In this document: piece by piece, positions 59,562 through 64,000 of the stretch
How positions within the stretch are numbered: the stretch's first letter is position 1
Layout: each line of letters begins with the position of its first letter
From: Arcobacteraceae bacterium
GTDB taxonomy: Bacteria; Campylobacterota; Campylobacteria; Campylobacterales; Arcobacteraceae
Assembly: GCA_963662945.1 (NCBI GenBank)
Contig: OY759974.1
Location: forward strand, 1,152,001-1,216,000
Length of the DNA: 64,000 bases
Direction of reading: 5' to 3'
The notes under the pieces: model-generated
Seen by the model: only the letters and a program-made list of their open reading frames with translations
What the model was told of the DNA's origin: nothing
Databases searched by the model: none
Made by a program: the position numbers and the translations under genes

Positions 59562-60973
59562 TGTCAACAAAAGCAGATATATTCCTTTTTGATAGTGTAC
59601 AAAAGAAAAAGGTCTTATTTGAACCTCAAGAAGAGGGAAAAGTTGTTATCTATGTGTGTGGGCCAACAGTATATGATGATGCACATCTGGGACATGCCAG
59701 AAGTGCTATAGTTTTTGATATCTTACATAGAGTTTTCAAAGTTAATAATTATGATGTAACTATGGCTAAAAACTTTACTGATATTGATGATAAAATTATT
59801 AAAAAGATGCAAGAATCTGGAAAATCTCTGGAAGAGATTACAACATATTATATTAATCGTTACAAAAATGATATGAATAAACTGCATATTCTAGATAATA
59901 CACTTGAACCTTATGCTACAAAAAATATTGATGCTATGCAAGAGATGTGTCAAAAACTTTTAGATAATGACAAAGCTTATATTTTAGAAGATGGTGTCTA
60001 TCTTGATACTTCAAAAGATCCCCATTATGGAGAACTATCTCATCGGGCAAGTGATGAAAACTCTCAAGCAAGAGTAGAATCAAATAATAATAAAAAAGAT
60101 CAAAAAGATTTTGCATTATGGAAATTTTTCTCTTCAGAACAAATAGGTTATAAAACTAATTTTGGATATGGACGACCGGGTTGGCATTTAGAATGTAGTG
60201 CAATGATTGAAAAACACCTTGCAAATCATAATCTACCTTATGCTATTGATATTCATGGAGGAGGTGCTGATTTACTTTTTCCACACCATGAGAATGAAGC
60301 AAGTCAAACACGTTGTTGTACCTCTCAAGAATTAGCAAAGTATTGGATGCATAATGGTTTTGTAAATATTAATGGTGAAAAGATGTCTAAATCACTTGGT
60401 AATAGTTTTTTCCTCAAAGATGCTCTAAAAAATTATGATGGAGAAGTGATTCGATTTTATATACTTAATACGCATTACAGATCTGATTTAAGTTTTAATG
60501 AAGAAGACTTACTAACAAGTAAAAAAAGATTAGATAAACTATATAGAGTAAAAAAAAGAGTATATGGTACAACTGCTAGTTCTGTCAACAAAGAGATACA
60601 ACAACAATTAATTGCCTCTTTAAATGATGATATGAATACTTCAAAAGCAATGGCTATATTAGATGAATATATCTCTACAGTAAATGATACTCTTGATAAG
60701 AATCCTAAAGATAAAGCACTCAAAAAAGAGTTCATAGCAACTATTAATTTTATTTCTTCTCTTTTAGGAATTGGTACTCAAGACAGTTTTGAATATTTTC
60801 AATTTGGAATTACAGAAGAAGAAAAGAATACTATTGAACAACTTATCAATGATAGAACAAAAGCAAAACAAGAAAAAAACTTTGAAGAGTCAGATAAAAT
60901 AAGAGAAAAGTTAATAGCGATGGGAATATCTCTTATGGATACTCCAACTGGAACTATGTGGGAGAAAAACTAA
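59561..60973 (+). CDS. cysS: Cysteine--tRNA ligase
   Basis: CGPTVY..AHLGH, GRPGWHLEC, FPHHENE, KMSKS. Confidence 0.97.
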   Translation: MSTKADIFLFDSVQKKKVLFEPQEEGKVVIYVCGPTVYDDAHLGHARSAIVFDILHRVFKVNNYDVTMAKNFTDIDDKIIKKMQESGKSLEEITTYYINRYKNDMNKLHILDNTLEPYATKNIDAMQEMCQKLLDNDKAYILEDGVYLDTSKDPHYGELSHRASDENSQARVESNNNKKDQKDFALWKFFSSEQIGYKTNFGYGRPGWHLECSAMIEKHLANHNLPYAIDIHGGGADLLFPHHENEASQTRCCTSQELAKYWMHNGFVNINGEKMSKSLGNSFFLKDALKNYDGEVIRFYILNTHYRSDLSFNEEDLLTSKKRLDKLYRVKKRVYGTTASSVNKEIQQQLIASLNDDMNTSKAMAILDEYISTVNDTLDKNPKDKALKKEFIATINFISSLLGIGTQDSFEYFQFGITEEEKNTIEQLINDRTKAKQEKNFEESDKIREKLIAMGISLMDTPTGTMWEKN

Positions 60974-61366
60974 CTATTCGTTAGCTTTCCATTGCTTGTA
61001 TAAAGCTTCATGTTCAGCAATCTCTTCTCTTGAAGGTTTTCTTCTACAAGATAGATATCCTTTACTTCCATCACAACTCTCAAATGGAAATACTGTTGCA
61101 AACACCCAATAGTATCCTCCATCTTTTGTTGCATTCTTTACATATCCTGTCCACACTTCACCTTTTTGCACTGTATCCCACAATGATTTAAATGCTGCTT
61201 TTGGCATATCTTTATGTCGTACCATATTATGTGGTTTATCTATTAATTCTTCTAAAGAGTATCCTGCTATTTTACAAAAGTCATCATTTGCAAATTTAAT
61301 TATCCCTTTTGCATCTGTTTCACTTACTAGGAATGCATAATCATCTAATACTGTTTCACCTGCCAT
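60974..61366 (-). CDS. Standalone Aer-type PAS protein (CetB-like)
   Basis: S.TD.KG.I.FAN..F, PHN.VRH.DMP..AF..LW, KN..K.G.YYWV. Confidence 0.88.
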   Translation of the reverse strand: MAGETVLDDYAFLVSETDAKGIIKFANDDFCKIAGYSLEELIDKPHNMVRHKDMPKAAFKSLWDTVQKGEVWTGYVKNATKDGGYYWVFATVFPFESCDGSKGYLSCRRKPSREEIAEHEALYKQWKANE

Positions 61367-61378
61367 ACTGATTCCTTT

Positions 61379-62770
61379 CTAGTTAAATTTCTTTGTTTGT
61401 GCATCTGACACTAGGTCATTTGCCATTTTACTTACATCTTGTGCTATTGATGCAACTGAGTTTGCTTCACTTGCATTCTCTTGTGTTACTCTATCTAGCA
61501 TAGTCACTGCATCATTGATTTGTTCTATTCCTGTCATTTGTTCTTTACTTGCACGACTAACATCTTCGATTAGTTCTATTGTTTGATTAAAGTTCTCATT
61601 GAGTGATTCATATCCTTTTATCATATCATCACTTACTTTTTTACCTTCATTTGCTTTACTTGCTGCATTCTCTACTAATGTTTTTATTTCATTTGCTGCA
61701 TCTGCACTTCTTGAAGCTAGGTTTCTTACTTCTTGAGCAACTACTGCAAATCCTTTTCCAGCTTCACCTGCTGTTGCTGCTTCTACTGCTGCATTAAGTG
61801 AGAGAATATTTGTTTGGAATGCTATTTGATCTATTACAGTAATAGCTTCATTAATTGCTGTTACTTGAGAGTTTATTTCATCCATTGAAGAAGATGTTTT
61901 ACTAGCTAATGTCATACCATTAGAAACTTCTGTTTTTACACGGCTTCCTAATTCTGACATTTTAGAGGCATTATTTGCATTATTTCTTGTAATACTTGTT
62001 ATCTCTTCTACTGCTGCTGCTGTTTCTTCCAAGCTAGCTGCTTGTTGATTTGCTTTATTTGCTAGGTTTGTTACACTTGTTGTCATTGTACTTGAGTTTG
62101 TTTGTAGGTGTTCCCCATTTGACAAGTTCTGTTTTGCGCTATTTGCTAGGGAGTTCCCTAGGGTGTTTACTGATTCTAATACTATTTTCATATCGGCTTT
62201 TATTTTTTCTGGGATTGCAATTGACTTAGTAAAATCATTATTAGAATAAGAACTTAATACCTTTGAAAGTTCACTCATAATAGCTTCTAACTCATCCAAC
62301 ATCTTATTTACATTAATAGTTAATGTAGCAATCATCGGATTGTTTGATTGAGCTTTTGATCTACAGTTGAAAATACCTTGTTCTACTTTATCAGTAATAA
62401 GAACTATCTCTCCCATAACTCGCATATCATTTTGGAGATTTGTTTGAAATAAATCTATCGCATTGTTTATTTTAGAAATAATCAATCCAATTTCATCATT
62501 TTTTATATCAGTATGCTTCTCAATCTTATTTTGTTTTAAAGAGATAAAATCTAAAAATTCATTAAAGTATTTATCAAATTTAGCAATACCTTCTGTTGTA
62601 TTTTTCATTATTATATAACTAGATAATGCAACTGTTCCACCACAAATAACAATTAAAAAAATAACGATATCTGTTTTGCCAAAATAGCCAGCCATTCCAA
62701 CTGTTATCATACCCAATACGGAAAGCACCATATTAAAAAAAATACTTTGCTTTGTTGACATATTCCCCAT
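61379..62770 (-). CDS. Methyl-accepting chemotaxis protein without periplasmic domain (CetA-like)
   Basis: Two close N-terminal TMs, HAMP-like [38 protein letters not shown]. Confidence 0.92.
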   Translation of the reverse strand: MGNMSTKQSIFFNMVLSVLGMITVGMAGYFGKTDIVIFLIVICGGTVALSSYIIMKNTTEGIAKFDKYFNEFLDFISLKQNKIEKHTDIKNDEIGLIISKINNAIDLFQTNLQNDMRVMGEIVLITDKVEQGIFNCRSKAQSNNPMIATLTINVNKMLDELEAIMSELSKVLSSYSNNDFTKSIAIPEKIKADMKIVLESVNTLGNSLANSAKQNLSNGEHLQTNSSTMTTSVTNLANKANQQAASLEETAAAVEEITSITRNNANNASKMSELGSRVKTEVSNGMTLASKTSSSMDEINSQVTAINEAITVIDQIAFQTNILSLNAAVEAATAGEAGKGFAVVAQEVRNLASRSADAANEIKTLVENAASKANEGKKVSDDMIKGYESLNENFNQTIELIEDVSRASKEQMTGIEQINDAVTMLDRVTQENASEANSVASIAQDVSKMANDLVSDAQTKKFN

Positions 62771-62849
62771 TCTACTTTACCCTTGTTTTTATTTAAATTT
62801 TACAATAAGGAAGCTAAAATAAAGATTTTAATTATTATAAAATAATTAA

Positions 62850-64000
62850 TTAACTCATAAAACCAACTGTTTTATCTTTATCAAATTGTCCTTTTTCTTC
62901 TTTATGTATCTCTTCAAGAAAATCTTCAACTCTAAAAATAGCTTCATCATCTATCGCTAACTTATAAGCAGTATTTTTTATGACTAACTCTATTTGTCCA
63001 CCAGTAAGTGACGATTTTGCTAGTTTTTCAATATTAAAATTTTTCTCTAGAGGTAACTCAGAAGGAAGTAGTTTTTCCCAAAGAGTTTTTCGTTGTTCTA
63101 AATTTGGTTTTAAAAATTCTATTTTATAATTAAATCTTCTTGAAAATGCTTTATCTATACTATCTAATAAGTTTGTAGTTGCAACAAGTATTCCTTCGAA
63201 TCTTTCTATTTGTTCTAAAAAGATATTTTGCATTTGATTGTGCATTTTATCACTACCACTTATTTGTCCACTAACACGATTACTTAAAAACTGATCTGCT
63301 TCATTTAATAAAAGTACGGGTTCTGTTTTTGTTTTTGTACATAATTCTTTATATTCATCAAATATTTTTCGTACATTTTTTTCACTCTCCCCTACATACA
63401 TAGATAAAATCTTACTACAATCAAAACTTAAAACTTGTTTTTTTAATGATTTTGCTAAAGCTAATGCCGTTACAGTTTTTCCTGTTCCTGCTGCCCCATA
63501 GAAAATAATTCTAGCATCTATCCCTTTTTTCTTATCTTTTATTCCCCACTTTTTAAGTCTATCAACCACATCTTTATCAACTTGTCGTAAAAGTAAATCT
63601 AGAGTTTTTTTTGTTTTATCATTCAACACTATATCTTCTAAAGATTTTTTAGGTTCAATAAGTTCAAACATCTCTTGTTCTTGTATCAGCATATCAAGTT
63701 TAATTTTTTGTTGCCTTTTCTCTTTTTTAACAGGGTGTGATATTTTATATAAAATAGATTCTGGGATATAAAAATTTCTATTTATTCCTCCAAAAGGGGT
63801 TAACATTTCATCATAATCTATCAGACCATTTGAGATAAGATTTCCGCTCTCTTCTAGCAAACTTCTATGTTTTATTTTTTCATAATCATCACTAGAAACT
63901 AAAGCTATCAAAGAATTCATATCTCTAATTGATTCATCACTTCCTCCGTATTCTTCTTTTAAAAGTGCTAAAAAAATCATTTGTTCTTTTTCTTCTAAAG
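62850..64000 (-). CDS. AAA+ ATPase, 5'-truncated by window edge
   Basis: GAAGTGKT, S.YVGESEK, NEAD Walker B variant, TTN...D.AFSRRF; frame open to window end. Confidence 0.9.
   Translation of the reverse strand, partial: LEEKEQMIFLALLKEEYGGSDESIRDMNSLIALVSSDDYEKIKHRSLLEESGNLISNGLIDYDEMLTPFGGINRNFYIPESILYKISHPVKKEKRQQKIKLDMLIQEQEMFELIEPKKSLEDIVLNDKTKKTLDLLLRQVDKDVVDRLKKWGIKDKKKGIDARIIFYGAAGTGKTVTALALAKSLKKQVLSFDCSKILSMYVGESEKNVRKIFDEYKELCTKTKTEPVLLLNEADQFLSNRVSGQISGSDKMHNQMQNIFLEQIERFEGILVATTNLLDSIDKAFSRRFNYKIEFLKPNLEQRKTLWEKLLPSELPLEKNFNIEKLAKSSLTGGQIELVIKNTAYKLAIDDEAIFRVEDFLEEIHKEEKGQFDKDKTVGFMS

Noticed and set aside
62144-62161. CTAGGGA/TCCCTAG inverted repeat
   Set aside because: Short, inside the MCP coding sequence, and no other copies noticed
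1-64000. CRISPR arrays, IS elements, prophage, rRNA, known riboswitches
   Set aside because: No repeat-spacer periodicity, transposase or phage ORFs, or recognisable consensus found by eye; an Rfam scan would be needed to exclude riboswitches

Overview
Very AT-rich chromosomal segment of a Campylobacterota bacterium, probably Arcobacteraceae-like. This is inferred from the futalosine-pathway mqnA, four-subunit POR, HP0268-miaB-DUF374 block, CetAB-type taxis pair and standalone MnmD. Most of it is housekeeping: Mla/Pqi-type ABC system, porCDAB, rplM-rpsI, bioF, ffh-rpsP-khpA-rimM, pyrC, ilvD, tRNA-Leu/Ser/Met, dinB, murG, rimO, miaB, tilS, ccoG, luxS, ftsI/ftsW, bioC, queH, rpsT-prfA, nusA-cysS. 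I saw no CRISPR array, IS element, prophage or rRNA. The standout is a compact 7-kb co-directional sulfur locus (43715-50779). It encodes a type IV sulfide:quinone oxidoreductase, an unannotated 56-aa protein, a catalytically dead peptide-deformylase domain fused to a CxxC membrane domain, a split YeeE/YedE sulfur-transporter pair, a membrane-anchored protein with an acidic arm ending in Gly-Cys, and two paralogous exported multiheme cytochromes c (12 and 8 CxxCH). A second interesting zone (27800-31900) holds two unannotated small ORFs, a sigma54-type promoter and two sRNA candidates with anti-Shine-Dalgarno motifs. Also notable are a tandem pair of ~650-aa ankyrin proteins and a possible PilM/N/O-like fusion. 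All assignments come from motif reading and recall; no database searches were run.
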